DNA from: Sphaerodactylus townsendi
Taxonomy: Eukaryota
DNA length: 64,000 bases
Direction: 5' to 3'
NCBI RefSeq assembly: GCF_021028975.2
Contig: NC_059432.1
Span: 91,078,001 to 91,142,000, forward strand
Of the stretch, positions 12,627-25,060 are shown in pieces (the first letter of the stretch is position 1; every line of letters begins with the position of its first letter). The notes below the pieces were generated by a model. The model saw nothing but the letters and a program-made list of their open reading frames with translations. It was not told where the DNA came from and did not search any database. Position numbers and translations under genes: made by a program.

Positions 12627-13604
12627 ATTATCTTTTGGAGGATCAGGGTGATCATCACAAGGTGGAACATCTCCATTTAATTGCATGGAGGATTTCACAT
12701 TAGAAGGTCTGTTCTCCAGAGAGGTGACTCAGATATTAATACAGTCCAGAAAGGATTCTACTAGAGGTCTTACAATTATAAATTGATAAGCAAGCTCTCA
12801 GCGTTATGCATTAGACCACCTTTCCTACAGGGCTTTTTTTTTTGAGAAAAAGATAGTGTTTAAGACAAATTTGTCTGTTTTACCTAAGATAGTATCAAAA
12901 TTCCACTTGCTGCTGGAGTTGGTTTTACCTGTGTTTTTTTCCATATCCTAAATCCCTAGGTGAGAAAAAATTGCACATGGTAGATGTAAAGAAAGCACAA
13001 TTGTTTTATTTTGGTAGAGCAAGAGGGAAATATGCAGGTCCAGATAAAGGGAAGAGAGCTTCAGCACAGACTTTTTCAAGATTGATTGTGTCAACAATTA
13101 AGGTTTGTTATGACAGAGCAGGAAGATTGTGTCCTCTGGGAATTATGGAACATAATTATGGAATTATGGGAGGGAGGGAGTGTCAATTCATGAAGTATGC
13201 AGGGCTGCAACTTGTTATTGGCATTATGCACTGGATTTACAAAAAATGAAATGAGTCTACAATTAGAAAGACTGTATTGAATTATTTATTTTTAAAAACT
13301 TGTTGAGAACTCTTCCCACCACTATGCGTGTTTATAGCTTACTAGAATCCTAATGTATGGAGTATAGACTGCACAGAAAAGCAAAGGAGAAGACAGGGTT
13401 GCACGTATCTGCAACTTCTGTTCTTCAAGGTCTTCTGTGCAGGCAGACATTTCCACCCACCTACCCTGCTAGATGTTCTTGTTTCAGGGCTTCCAGAGAC
13501 TCAGGAGGAACTGAGGAAAGGCCATACTGCTGTTGGGCGTGTGACTGTTGGAGGGGAAAAGATCATGAGGTGTGTTTAACAGCAAGACTCCCCTCTGTTT
13601 AGGA

Positions 13605-14150
13605 AATTTTATTTATTTATTTATATTTATTTATTTATTTATTTATAATTGGTTTTATCTACCGCCCCTCCCCTGAAGGGCTCTGGGCGGTGAACAACAT
13701 GATAAAACAATAATTACAATAAAACCCTGTTAAAACAGCAATTAATAATGTTACATTGGCGTCCAATGTAAACATAAACTTCATAGATCCACCCTGGAAA
13801 ATAAAACAGAGGAGCGGAGAACTCAGAATGTAAAGGGGAAAAAAGGGGGGAAGGGAGGGCATCAGCGGCCGGCCCCTCCAAACGCCCAGTGGAACAATTC
13901 GGTCTTATAGGCCCTGCGGAACTCTCCAAGATCCCGCAGGGCCCGGATAGCTGGTGGTAAGGTGTTCCACCAGGCAGGGGCCAGGGCAGGGGCCAGGGCT
14001 GTAAAGGCCCTGGCCCTGGTAGAGGCCAGCCGCATCATCGTGGGGCTAGGGACCACCAGTAAATTGGCCTCTGACGAACGTAGAGGCCGTGTAGGGACAT
14101 ATGGGGTAAGACGGTCACGAAGGTACGAAGGTCCCAGGCCGCGTAAGGTT
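13605..14150 (-). mobile_element. L2-clade LINE 3' fragment with (TAAA)n tail, inserted in the DIRS 3' end
   Basis: ORF 13862-14056 reads RLASTRARAFTALAP...WWNTLPPAIRALRDLGEFRRAYKTELFHWAFG. TTTA repeats at 13607-13645. Confidence 0.9.
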
Positions 14151-14678
14151 TGAGATTAGTCCATTGCTGGACTGTGCAAATGCAGTCCCAAAGCCTGCGT
14201 AGAAGGCCTTGAAAGAACAGAAGTTACAGGTAAGTGCAACCTTATCTTATATTCTGAAATTATATAACCTGAGGAGTTTTTTTTAAACTTCATACTCATA
14301 AGGACTGACTGATGTGTATTTCAAAGCAGGATAAATCCATAAAGAACACTATTTGCTGGATTTTGATGACAAAACTTTTGCTTAGTGGTCTGCTAAGTTT
14401 CTTTATGAGTCTATAAACAGAGGTAAGAACATTCAAGCTATTCAGTGTTAAGGAAATATATGTCATGTTTGAGTGGAGGTGGAGAATATTAGCCATAGAG
14501 AGACCCATTCTGCGTGCTTGTCAGGGCTCTTGCCATTTTCTTTCTTTTTTAATGCCAGATGAATCAATAGCTGGGTAATCATCATCCTCCCTAACTTACT
14601 ATTTTCAAAATACTGTCAAATGAAAATGTTTGTAATAAATAATAGCTCACTATTTCGGCTATTTGTTCTTGCTTTCAG

Positions 14679-14738
14679 GAACATGCTCAAATACAAAATG
14701 ATTCTGGAGGAAATCTAGCTGATTGCCTTGTTACAGAA
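14679..14738 (+). CDS. Candidate exon P3 (60 nt): phase 0 reads EHAQIQNDSGGNLADCLVTE; joined directly to P2 it reads NMLKYKMILEEI*
   Basis: Branch-like GCTCAC, strong acceptor atttgttcttgctttcag and strong donor GAA|gtaagc. Confidence 0.45.
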
Positions 14739-15904
14739 GTAAGCTACCTAATATCTCTGATAGCTTCCAAATAAATAAGTATGCAGTTCAACTCAGGTCT
14801 CTCTAATATATTTTCCAGGCCATGTTGAGTCCTTGGTTGCACTCATAATTCCTGTAAACTTCCATGTATGCATACAGAACGAGAATTAGAACCCATGAGT
14901 GTTTTGTATAATTTATGCAACTAAATTGATTTAAATTATTTAAATGAGGGCCTGTACCAAGACTCCCATCTGGAATAAAGTTATGCATAGCAGAGCATTC
15001 TGGGAAAGCAAGAGATGTCCGTAATTGAAATAAAAATAGACATTAATGCTGGGAAGTGAAAATTTTCCTATATAAAATGAATTACGGTATTGCATGAATA
15101 AAATGAATTACGGTATTTCTTTGCCTTCAAATCTATTACAAATTAGTTGTGCTGCAAGTCTTGTTAAAATTGGTTACAGATTATTTGTAGGTGGTATTGA
15201 AAAATAGGAAGATGAATGGCCCCATTAAAAAGAGTGAGGTCTGCTTTCATCCACTCATGGCATGTCTCATATTTAGAATGTGGGCCATGCTTAACATCCT
15301 AATGGCACTAGGAACTTAGCTCTACCTTGCACTCAATTGAATTGCTCAAGACTTTCTTTGAGTCTGCTTAAGATTGCTCCCAAAGTAGGTGAAATGGAGA
15401 GACAGTGAACTCCTGAGATGTTGAATTTGAGATCATAGGAAATTGCAGTCCACAAAGAATTTCCCCCTTTATTTCAAGATGCAACAGGGTTGCAATTTCA
15501 TGAGTTTTTAAAGTGGGTAAAGTGGGCAATTAGGAACAAAAGAGGGGCATTTCATATGATCCTAATTAATACACTCAGCAAGACTCTTTTGAAAAAAAAA
15601 CCCTTCAAATTGGTCAGATCCTTCTATAACATCCTGGATAAGTGGAGGAGAAAAATCAGGGATATGTGCTTTTGACCCTCATTTCCTATAGCAAACAACT
15701 ATAAACTATTGTAGATTTTTACTTGCTAGATTCCTCCTCCTCCACTACCACCCCCTTTCCAATAATTGATACTGAACTGCTGCTGGAAAGCAATGAGCGG
15801 AAAGAGGGGCTCCTCAGTTCAAGAATTGTAGATGCATTGTGGCTTAAATTTTCAAGGCACACATCAACCTCCCTTATGGTGGCATAGTGTGCCCAACCAG
15901 ACAC

Positions 15905-16560
15905 TTTATTTATTTACTTTACAAAATTATACCCAGCCTTTCTGCTGTCATAAGGGCCAACAAGGTGGCTAACAACTTAAAACATGCATAATGAAATCAC
16001 ATCTTAAAAACCATTAAAACCAACAGGACACACATTATTAGAACTGGACATAAAATACATACAGAAACATAAAAACAACAATTAAAACATTGGACAGGAA
16101 GAAGAGATGACTGAGGGCGTTCCAAATAAAATAAAAAGGTGTTTACCCACTGGTGAACAATTGAAACAGAAGAGAACAAACAAGTTGCCAAGGGAGAAAG
16201 TTCCAGAGTTTTGGTGCCATGGCCAAGAAGGCCCTTTCCTGGGTTGTGAACAGTTTAATCTTAGAAGGTGGGAGCATCCAAACAGAGTCTGTGAAGATAA
16301 TAATAGTGTTTGGGGAAGTTCATAATGGTCCTCCAGCTATGTTGGTCTCAAGCCATATAAGACTTTAAAGGTCAGTACTACCTTGAATTGCAGTGTAGAT
16401 GAACCAAGTCTGGAGTGATATGGTCCCTACAACCAGTCAGCAGCTTGGCTGCAGCATTCTCTACTAATTGTTGTTTTGAAACACTTCTCTACACCTACAT
16501 AGAGTGCATTGCCGTTATCTAATCTAGGTATAATCTAGGTGTAACCAGGGCATGTTATGT
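15905..16560 (-). mobile_element. Old L2-clade LINE 3' fragment
   Basis: The reverse strand carries remnants of TPRLDNGNAL, RLQL..NAAA.L and VLTFKVLYGLRPT, and ends in an AATAATAAA tail. Confidence 0.7.
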
Positions 16561-17014
16561 CTGAAAGCAGTTCTGAGATAAATTAGGAACATTTATTCTT
16601 TCCAAATAATTCTCCATGTTCAGAGCTGCTTTTCTCCAAGACCCAGATTTTAGAATAATTAAGTGAAAATATATACCTTCATAAATCACTCCAGTGTTTT
16701 TAAAGTTCAGAAAGAACCACAGTATATTGATGAACTGTCAGTCTACTTCATGGGATACCTATGCTCCTATACAACATACAGAAGCATTTGCAAATAAAAT
16801 GATGATTTGTGAAACACAGAAGTATTACAAATGTACACCGTGGTACAAATATATAGATGGGTTAATAATATACACCTTGTCTTTACTGGTGGGCACAATC
16901 TTTGGTTTTATCATTGTTTCTAATTTTGTAGTACTAGTCTTTTGAGTTGCTTATAGGATATTCCATTCTATTCAATTACCTTTCTTTATACCATGTAATC
17001 CACCTTGAGTTTTA

Positions 17015-17820
17015 GGCCTCTTTCAGACTGCCTGTATAATCTGTTTGAGCAGCTAGTTGCTAATGGCCTTTTTGTGTCACTTTAAACACAACTGTTTTGG
17101 CTCCTGGTTTCTAGCAGATTTTTTTTTTCACAAGACAAGACAAAATGGGGCTCAACTATTTTTTAAAATGAAAACTGCACTCTCCCATTTTCATTTCTTC
17201 CATACATTTCTGAATTGCTTCATTGTGCTGTTCGCAATTTCTCTAGTCATTCCGGAAGGACCGCTGTTTGTCTCCTGCGCTGGGCTCTTTTTCAACAGCT
17301 ACAGGAATGTCAATGGTGCTACTATAGCACTACAGTGCAAATCTCAGAATGTTGAAAGAAAAAGCTGAAAAAGAACACAGCATGAAAAAAGGGGGGCGGG
17401 AAATAGTGGAACTGCTTAAAACAGCCAGAGCACTTTGAGATACAGTGGAACCTCGTTTTTTGTTGGTAATCCGTTTGGAAACACCCGACGAAAACAGAAA
17501 CCGATGAAAACCGAGGCTACGCAATCGGTGCAGGCACAACGCAAACAACGCAGCAAATGTATGCAAAAGTTGCAGCTAATTTCATCGGCACACTGACAAA
17601 ATTGGAGGCGACCAACAAAAACTGAGGCAAAAAAACGGCTGGCACCAATCAACAAAAAACAACATTGATGAAAACCAATGTCGTTGATAACTGAGGTTCC
17701 ACTGTAGCTCATAGATGGATTGAAACAAGCTGTATGAAATGCCTGTCCTTGTATTGTTTTACTTAGTTTCGGACCAGCAATGGGTGACATGTGGTTAAGA
17801 ACGGTAATCTGAAAGGGTCC
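17015..17820. mobile_element. Harbinger-like non-autonomous element with TTA TSD, containing a nested MITE
   Basis: Left end GGCCTCTTTCAGACTGCC; reverse complement of the right end is GGACCCTTTCAGATTACC. TTA at 17012-14 and 17821-23. Confidence 0.7.
17443..17704. mobile_element. Tc1/mariner (pogo/Tigger-like) MITE with TA TSD
   Basis: TA-CAGTGGAACCTCG...TGAGGTTCCACTG-TA, with internal AAAACCGA-like subrepeats. Confidence 0.85.
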
Positions 17821-18379
17821 TTAACAAGAAAAGTGGCTATAGGTAAAGTAAATATAATATAATAAATAAATAACACTCCCATGTTACTCTCCTAATACAA
17901 CTTAAATGGACAATTCTCAGAACATCTTTCTGCCTCTTCTGTGTGTCAGTCATTAATTTGCATACAAATTTTGTTCTTGAAGCAGAAAGGGGAAAAAAGA
18001 AACCATTTTCAGAAATGTCACTAAACTTCAGCAAGAATACACTTGGTGAACTTTATGCAAATACATTTCATAAAGGAAAATGGCACATTTGATAAGTACT
18101 TTGTCATCTGGGCATGCATTCAGGTATACTGAAGGTAAAACAGCTGTCCTGTATGTAGATCAAGATTATTTAATGAACACCCTGCTGGGTTATTGTTTAC
18201 TAAGTATGCATTCAGAATTTCCCCAGCAATTTGTTTAATTTGTTTGCTTAGATTAATAGAGTGTCTCTCCATTGATTTAAGTGACACTGTTTTAAAAAGA
18301 AACTAAGAATAATTTACATTATGTAATTAAACCCAGACACCTAGGGGAGCAATCCCAAGTACATCAATGTGGACTCTCC

Positions 18380-19522
18380 ATTAGCAGCAACAAAATCAGA
18401 TGCCCCCCAAGTGCCAATTTGTCCAGTTGTGTGGGATACTTTCCAGCTTGTGACATTTGAGAACACGAGCAGGATTGTTGATGGTTTAAAACCTATCACC
18501 TGCTTGAACAACCGTTGCCCCTCCTGGCTGCTTAAATCTGTCGGGGACTGGAGAACTGGGTATGGGAGACACTAAATATCTCCCTGACAGAGGGGGCGGT
18601 TGCTCCTGCCTTGAAGTGTGGTGTGTCCATTCTTAAAGAAGCCTACTTTGGATCAAGGAAAATTGATAACTACTGTCCAGTATCAAGGTTCCATTCTCGT
18701 GCAAAGTAATTGAATGATGGATTTATAAACGAAACAGATTGTCTTGTTCAGACCTAGTCATGGGATTGAAACAGTCTTGGTCGCCTTGGTAGATGATGTG
18801 CACCAGGAGATGGATGGGGGAGGACCCAGTTAATTCTCCTGGACCTCTCAGCGGCTTTTGATACCACTGATCAAGGTATCATTTTGGATTGCCTTGAGGG
18901 CCTAGGACTGGGACTGTTTTGTGGTGATTCTGGCCCTACCTCCATGGTAGGTTTCAAATAGAGCTGCCAACCTCCAGGTGATGACTAGAGATCTCCCACT
19001 ATTACCACTGATCTCCAGGCAGTAGAGATTAGTTCACCTGGAGATTTAGGCTAAGTTGCCACTAATATGCTGAAGGTGCTCAGCTCAACTTTGCACTACC
19101 AGCAGATTCCAGGAAAGCTGTGGAAACTGTGAACAGGTGTCTGGAGGCAGCTTTGAAATGGATGAGGGCTAACAAGCTGAAACTCAATCTTGGCAAAAAG
19201 GAGGTGGTGGGTGGAAGGTCTGACCCAGGAAATGAGTTATCTACTGTTCTGGATGGGGTTGCATTCCCCTAAAGGAGTGGGTGCATAGCTTGGGGATGGT
19301 TCTGGATCTAAGCCTTCTGTTGGATAAACAGGTGACAGACATGGCCAGATATGGCTTTCACCAGCTTTTAATGGTGAGCCACTTGTAGTTCTTCCTGGGT
19401 GGAGAAGATCTTATCATTGCAGTACATGCCCTGGGAACATCCAGATTAGATTATTGCAGTGCTTTCTATGTAAGGCTTGAAGACTGTCCAGAAGCTACTG
19501 GTACAGAATGTGGTGGCCAAAG
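18380..19522 (+). mobile_element. Degraded L2-clade LINE RT region, internally deleted and interrupted
   Basis: Reads PSWLLK, NYCPVS, HGIETVLVALVDD, LLDLSAAFDT, WMRANKLKLN and VHALGTSRLDYC. Confidence 0.85.
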
Positions 19523-20115
19523 TATTATTTTATTTATATTTAAATTTATTTGCCGCTCTTCTTGAAGGCTCAGAGCAGCTCACAAAATTAAAATAAAATT
19601 AAGCATTCAAACTTCTTCAAGATGGCGATTAGAATAAAAACCCTAATCTCCCTGTCCCCGTCTTGAAAGGGACTGGGCAGCTGGCAATCTAGGGGGCCAG
19701 CTGATAGATCATTCTATAATCTTGGCCAGTCTCAACCAAAGGCCCAGTGGAACAGCTCTACCTTGCAGGCCCTGCAGAACTGTCCCGAGTCCCACAAAGC
19801 CCTGGTGAATGGAGACAGAACGTTCCACCAGGCCGGAGTCAGGGACTGAAAAGCCCTGGCTCTGGTTGAGGCTAGCTAAAGAGGAGAAGGGTGGGGACCA
19901 CCAGCAAGTTAGAATCAGAAGAATGTAAAGTACGGTTGGGGCAATGTGGGAAGATGAGGTCCTGAAGGTATGCAGGTCCCAGATTATGATGGGCCTTAAT
20001 GGTCAACACCAACACCTTGAATGCAACCCAAAACTCAATCAGAAGCCAATGTAGCTGGCGCAGCACCAGGGTGATATACTTCCTGCTGGGAGTACTGGTT
20101 AAAAGGGGGGTCATA
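19523..20115 (-). mobile_element. L2-clade LINE 3' fragment abutting the plus-strand L2 in opposite orientation
   Basis: Reads ITLVLRQLHWLLIEFWVAFKVLVLTIKAHHNLGPAYLQD. AT-rich tail at 19523-19550. Confidence 0.85.
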
Positions 20116-23100
20116 GAGACCATTTCACTGCAGTTTTGTATCATCTTCACTGATATTTCTGAGATAGAGGCTGTCTGCCTGAGGGAAATTCCAGCCCTAT
20201 CTCCTGAATTTTCAGAATTTGGGGAGCCTTTTATTTTTTTTAAAAAAAGTAATGCAGTATCCCTTTTATTATGAGAAAAATCATGCAATAAGCCTTTTAA
20301 TTAATTGCTCAGTGCAATTAAAACTGTTCCATATTACCAGATTTGGGGACAATGTCAGTAAAGGTGCTGGGTCAGGTGGCAAGCCTTTGGAAAAGAATGT
20401 AAAGAAATGTATTAAAATATTCTTTGCTCAGCAACAACAAAAGACCAGGGACCTTTAAACATGTCAGAGAACTCATATTTAGGCTTTGCTGTTTCATATT
20501 GATTAATGATTTCCCTCTATACCCTGAGGCCTGATAGACTGTCTGACTACAGGCCTTGGACCTCCTTATTATCTCAGTAGGCATGGTGTTTTAATTAAAA
20601 AAGCAATGGGGGATTGCATCTGAGCACCAACACTGCCATAAAAACATGCATCAGCTTTTGCTGCAATGCAGGATTGAAACACATGCATCTCAATTAGCCT
20701 CGTCGCTTCATCAGACTAAAACTTCCTGCAGTAAACCATTGTTGATGAACTGTATTCCCACCAGAAGCCGCTAAAGTCTATTTTTAAAACTATAGTATCA
20801 CTTGATAGTCAAAGAGACAATTAACTTGCATCTGCAGCTCACGAACTGGCTTTAACTGCTATATCTTTCCCTATTAATAAATAGATTTATGGCATGGGTG
20901 ATGACACCTGGGGAGGTAGACGTGATGGCTCTGACCTGGTTTGCCTATGGTGAGGAAATGTCTCTTCCCCAACCTGAAATGTGAAGCCATGATCGTGCAA
21001 TCATCTCTTAGTATACGTAAAATGATTCTGGGATTGTCTTTTTCTGCAAGGAGAGAAAGGAGGAGTAGGCAACTTTTTCAGTCCTAGCCCTGACAAAGTG
21101 CCGTTTTTACCTGTGAAGATGTTAGTGCCATCATGGCAAACAAAATGATGGAAAGGGGACAGATGAGGGTTTTACTTGGCTAGAACAAGCTATATCCTGT
21201 TCCATCATCATCTTATGGATCTGCCTTGGACTCAGCTGGCGTCTGTGCCTGGAAAGTGATGGTGGTGCAAACTGCTGCCTTCTCCTGCACCACTGGCCTC
21301 AGAGGTTTTGCCAGTTGGTTGGATGGAGATTTGCCCCTAGGTGCCAAGCAAAATGGTCTGGTGTGCCACTGTCAGCACATGTGCTAAGGGAGTCTGCCCC
21401 ATAGTCAATTGAGGTAATTGTCCCACTTCTAATCTACTCATGCTGGACATACCAGTATCCAAGTGTCCACAGACACTTGTAGTTCATACATTATTTCCCA
21501 TTTAACCAGTTCAGCCATTTTGGCAATATGTTGGAAGCTGCCTACAACCAGTTCACCAGGAAGGGCCAATATTAGCCATGAAGTTTCAAACCACCTGGAA
21601 TAGGACTCATAGTAGCTACATGGGATTCAACCGCTTTTGTGTCAATTGGCAGGATTCAAATACCTTGAGTTGATCACTATATGCACTGTGGAGGTCTGCA
21701 GTGAACTGACTAAAATTGGCCCTCTCCTCCACTGGTAGAAATAATCTACTGCTAGCAGAAAACATGTGGATCCAATCTGTAGTCTTTAGTACAAGGCACT
21801 AGATATACCCTTTTCCAGTAAAAGATCTAAGTGCGGTCATGTGTTTTTTGGTGAAAGTCACAGTGGTGTGTTTTCACATTTGAAAAGAGTTCAGATTCTC
21901 TTTCCCAATTAAAGAACATTATTTAAGTTCCACCATGGTCAAAAACATTGTCCTTTGCACTGTTAATTGCCCCAGATGGCTATCAGCAGCTCTTTCATTT
22001 TTCTACAGTTGCATCCGCCATTTTGTTTCTCATGGCGGCATGGAGCCTACTGAACAGGAAACAAAATGGTGGGCACTATTGTAGAAAAAGGAAAATGTTA
22101 CTGATAGCTGTCCAGAACAAAATAAATGCTCTTTTATTAAAGTACTATGTTTAACAGTGCAGAGGATAATGGCTTTGATTAGGGTGGTGGTTAAGTAAAA
22201 TTCTTTAATGGTAAAAGAGAATCGGGGTAGGGGGGAAGCAGGCAAGAGGACCCAGACAGAGCATTCCTCCACCCAAAAAAAGGTCCAGGAAGATGTGACA
22301 GTTTAATTCACACATCTCAGGAGATCTTTTTGTGGAAAAGGGTATAGTTAGCAATTTGCATCCACGTAAACTAGCATTTATTGAAAAGAACAAATGACAG
22401 TTCCCTTTTTTTGCTGTCCTACTGTATTTATACTTCAACAACAATAATAGGTTACTAAAATTTACAGTTCAATCTTAAGAACAATTTTCTGGGAGTAAGC
22501 CCAACTGAGTAGACCTAAGTAGGATACTAGGTAGACCTACTTAGGATTGCTTTGTTAAGGAAGTAAAATGTGTACTATCTTAATGTACTGGTTTATAATG
22601 AATAATTACTAAATAATAACCATTAATAAGGAGGCCAATGTATGAACAGGTAGCATTGATTGGGATGCACTGCTTTCCTTTTATTTACTTGGTAGTAATA
22701 AAATGGAAAACATAAGCTTTAAATAGAAAACCATTTGCTTTCCAGTTGTTTTTACTGTATTTGTTCTAAATTTAGAAGTCATTATGTTCTCATTGCTGGT
22801 AACAATTCACTTGCTTCTCCTTTTGGAACATTTTGAATGATCAATATTTTGCAAAGCTTGACTGTTTCCCGGCAGCATTTTGTTTTGTAACAAAAGGGTT
22901 ATGATCTCCTACTCGACATACAGTCTTCTAGAAGAAGATGGATTAGTGTGTGAGTGAAATGGTGAGGTCTGAGTAACAATCCTTTTTTTTGGGGGGGGGG
23001 GGGTAAACGGGGATAGGAGCTGAAACCCCTTAATATAGCTCCAAAGAGTGTTTATTTTAGTCCAACCTCACAGTCATGAAGGCATTACAAGATCAATCCA

Positions 23101-23574
23101 ATCTGTTTCCTTCAATACATAATAAACAATAAAGCTGGAGGACCAAACTGCCTGATATGGTTTTAATACCCAGTGTCTTGGGCTTCTTGACCTGATTTAT
23201 AGTCTCACATGTCTGGTGTTAGGAACCTATTTGCCAAGCTCTCAGATCACCAGTTCAGATTGGGACCAAGGCATGGGGGTTAGAAGGAGCTTCAACCTAC
23301 CCTCTCCCAATTTTCCTGACCCAAAACAACTTTGATGGTATCAGTACAGGGGCAACAACCTCCCCTTGCCCCCATAGTGGGTAAAATAGAGCTCCCTGGT
23401 TCTGTTTAACTGAATCTAATTCAGTTTTGGGGAACCCAGACCCTACACACTGAAAACCATAACATTTATTCTTCAGTCTTTTAATATCTTTCTGTATTTT
23501 AACCCTATCTCCAATTTAGGTGAGGATTGCTTCCTGGTAAAAAGCAGCTAGTTCATGCCACAGAATTCTTTATT

Positions 23575-23990
23575 ACTGTGTGTGGGTGTGAAAGCTAGGC
23601 AATGAAGGAATCTGGCAGGAGGCAAGTAGATTCCTTTGAAATGTGGTGTTGGAAGAAAGTGTAATGGACATGGACTGCCAACCCCCCCCCCCCCCCGAAG
23701 TTCTTGATCAGATCAAGACTGAACTGTTCCTAAAACTAAAATGACTAAACTGATGCTGTCACACTTTCGTCGCACAATGAGAAGATAACAGTCACTAGAA
23801 AAGACAATAATGCTAGGAAAGGTTGAAGGCAGCAGGGGGGAAGAGGAAGACCCAACATGAGATGGACTGGCTCTATAAAGGAATCAACAGCCCTCAGTTT
23901 GCAAGACTGTTAATATTTTGGAGGACATTGATGTTTTGGAGGTCACCATGAGTCAGAGGCAACTTGATGGTGCTTAATTCTTAACACACA
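23575..23990 (+). mobile_element. RTE-clade (BovB-like) LINE 3' fragment
   Basis: Reads CGCES*AMKESGRRQVDSFEMWCWKKV and SLEKTIMLGKVEGSRG. 3' end GGTCACCATGAGTCAGAGGCAACTTGATGG. Confidence 0.85.
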
Positions 23991-24160
23991 AAAAGCAGTA
24001 TTCCTTTTTAAAAATATATTTTTAAAGAACCCTATTTTTCAGTTATACTCTTACAGTCTGTTCGTACCTTTCCTACCTTAGGAAAAGGGACAAAAAGGGG
24101 TTTGAACTTGAAGCAAAGGATGAAAGCCACTGATCTTCATTGCAATATTTCAGTTTTCAG

Positions 24161-24193
24161 GTGAAACAGCATCGTGTTTTGTGCCTTTATTAG
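24161..24193 (+). CDS. Candidate terminal coding exon P4, VKQHRVLCLY*
   Basis: Acceptor atatttcagttttcag|G. Phase 0 fits P3. Confidence 0.25.
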   Translation: MKQHRVLCLY

Positions 24194-25003
24194 TGTTTTG
24201 TTCCTTTGTCACTTCCCCAAAGGGGGGAAGGCGAAGCCTTAACGAAAGCAATGTGATCCCTGCATGGCTCAATTGCCACCAGCGCCAGACAAACAGGAAC
24301 AGAAACGGATGCAGAGGCATTTACCATGGCAGCAGGGCACCACGCAATGCCACTGTGCCAAATCTGGAAGTTGACCAATGGACAGTGCTCCTCTGCTAGG
24401 GGCATTCCCATGGGTGGAGTTTTGGCCCAGAAATGCCCCCTTTTTGTGGTTCAGACTTGTGGCATCAAATCATTCCCAACAGTGAACTTTCCTGGGAGAG
24501 AAAAGGATTTTCTCCCTTTCCCCTGGCATGTACTGATTACCTCTGGAGGGGGCGCCATAGCTTGCTTCTCCACCCCCCTCTTGAAAAGAAGTGTGAGGTC
24601 AAGCTGGAATTTAAACTTAAAATGTAGAATTTAAAATGTAAATGTAGAATGGCATCCTGAACAGGAACACCAACTGCAGCTAATGTAGACTTTCCATTTT
24701 CCTTCCCCAACCGCATTGGAGCAAATAAACAGAATTGTATCCTGAGCTTGTGTACCAACTTTTATTCTCACTCAGCGGCATGCAGGAGAATGTTACCATT
24801 TCACAAACAGAATGCCAGCTGAACTAGCTACAGCAGTTATAAGTTGTGCTTAGCAAAAGGAAGGTGTATGTTTGACAGCCTTCATTACAGTGGCAGAGGT
24901 CAGTTTTTCCCTCAGAAAGTAGCAGGTGAGAAAACGGGAAAGGGGAATACCCTTTAACAGAAACGTGTACAACTTGTAACCTTTTATGACGAATGCAACT
25001 CAC

Positions 25004-25060
25004 CAGCAATATATGTGGCCTACCAGGGCACAACAAACCTCTTTGGATGCAGGCATGGGC
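25004..25060 (-). CDS. Candidate exon (57 nt, phase 0/0), AHACIQRGLLCPGRPHILL
   Basis: Strong acceptor cctgttttttacag and donor CTG|gtgagt. In phase with the donor at 29200. Confidence 0.4.

Larger units (their letters stand above)
10350..14243 (+). mobile_element. Degraded DIRS-type tyrosine-recombinase retrotransposon (gag-like, RT, RNaseH, YR, terminal complementary repeats), interrupted by a MITE and an L2; 5' boundary approximate
   Basis: gag-like GKAMAISIVLQWHAWL. RT: FFLVKK.DGGNHPILDLRDLNTFL...NLKDA, YTVLPFGLATVSSMFTKC, YLDDWLIVA, VNWKKSKLEP. RNaseH: VTSDASLQGWG, HINVLELQAV, QMDNMAAMY. YR: LPKIVSKFHL, KLHMVDVKKAQLFY, SAQTFSRLIVSTIKVCY. 13395-13444 is reverse-complementary to 14193-14243. 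Confidence 0.9.

Noticed and set aside
17874-21179. Further minus-strand exon candidates near 21.1 kb and 17.9 kb
   Set aside because: Splice signals are ambiguous, the phases do not chain consistently, and they would overlap the plus-strand candidates.
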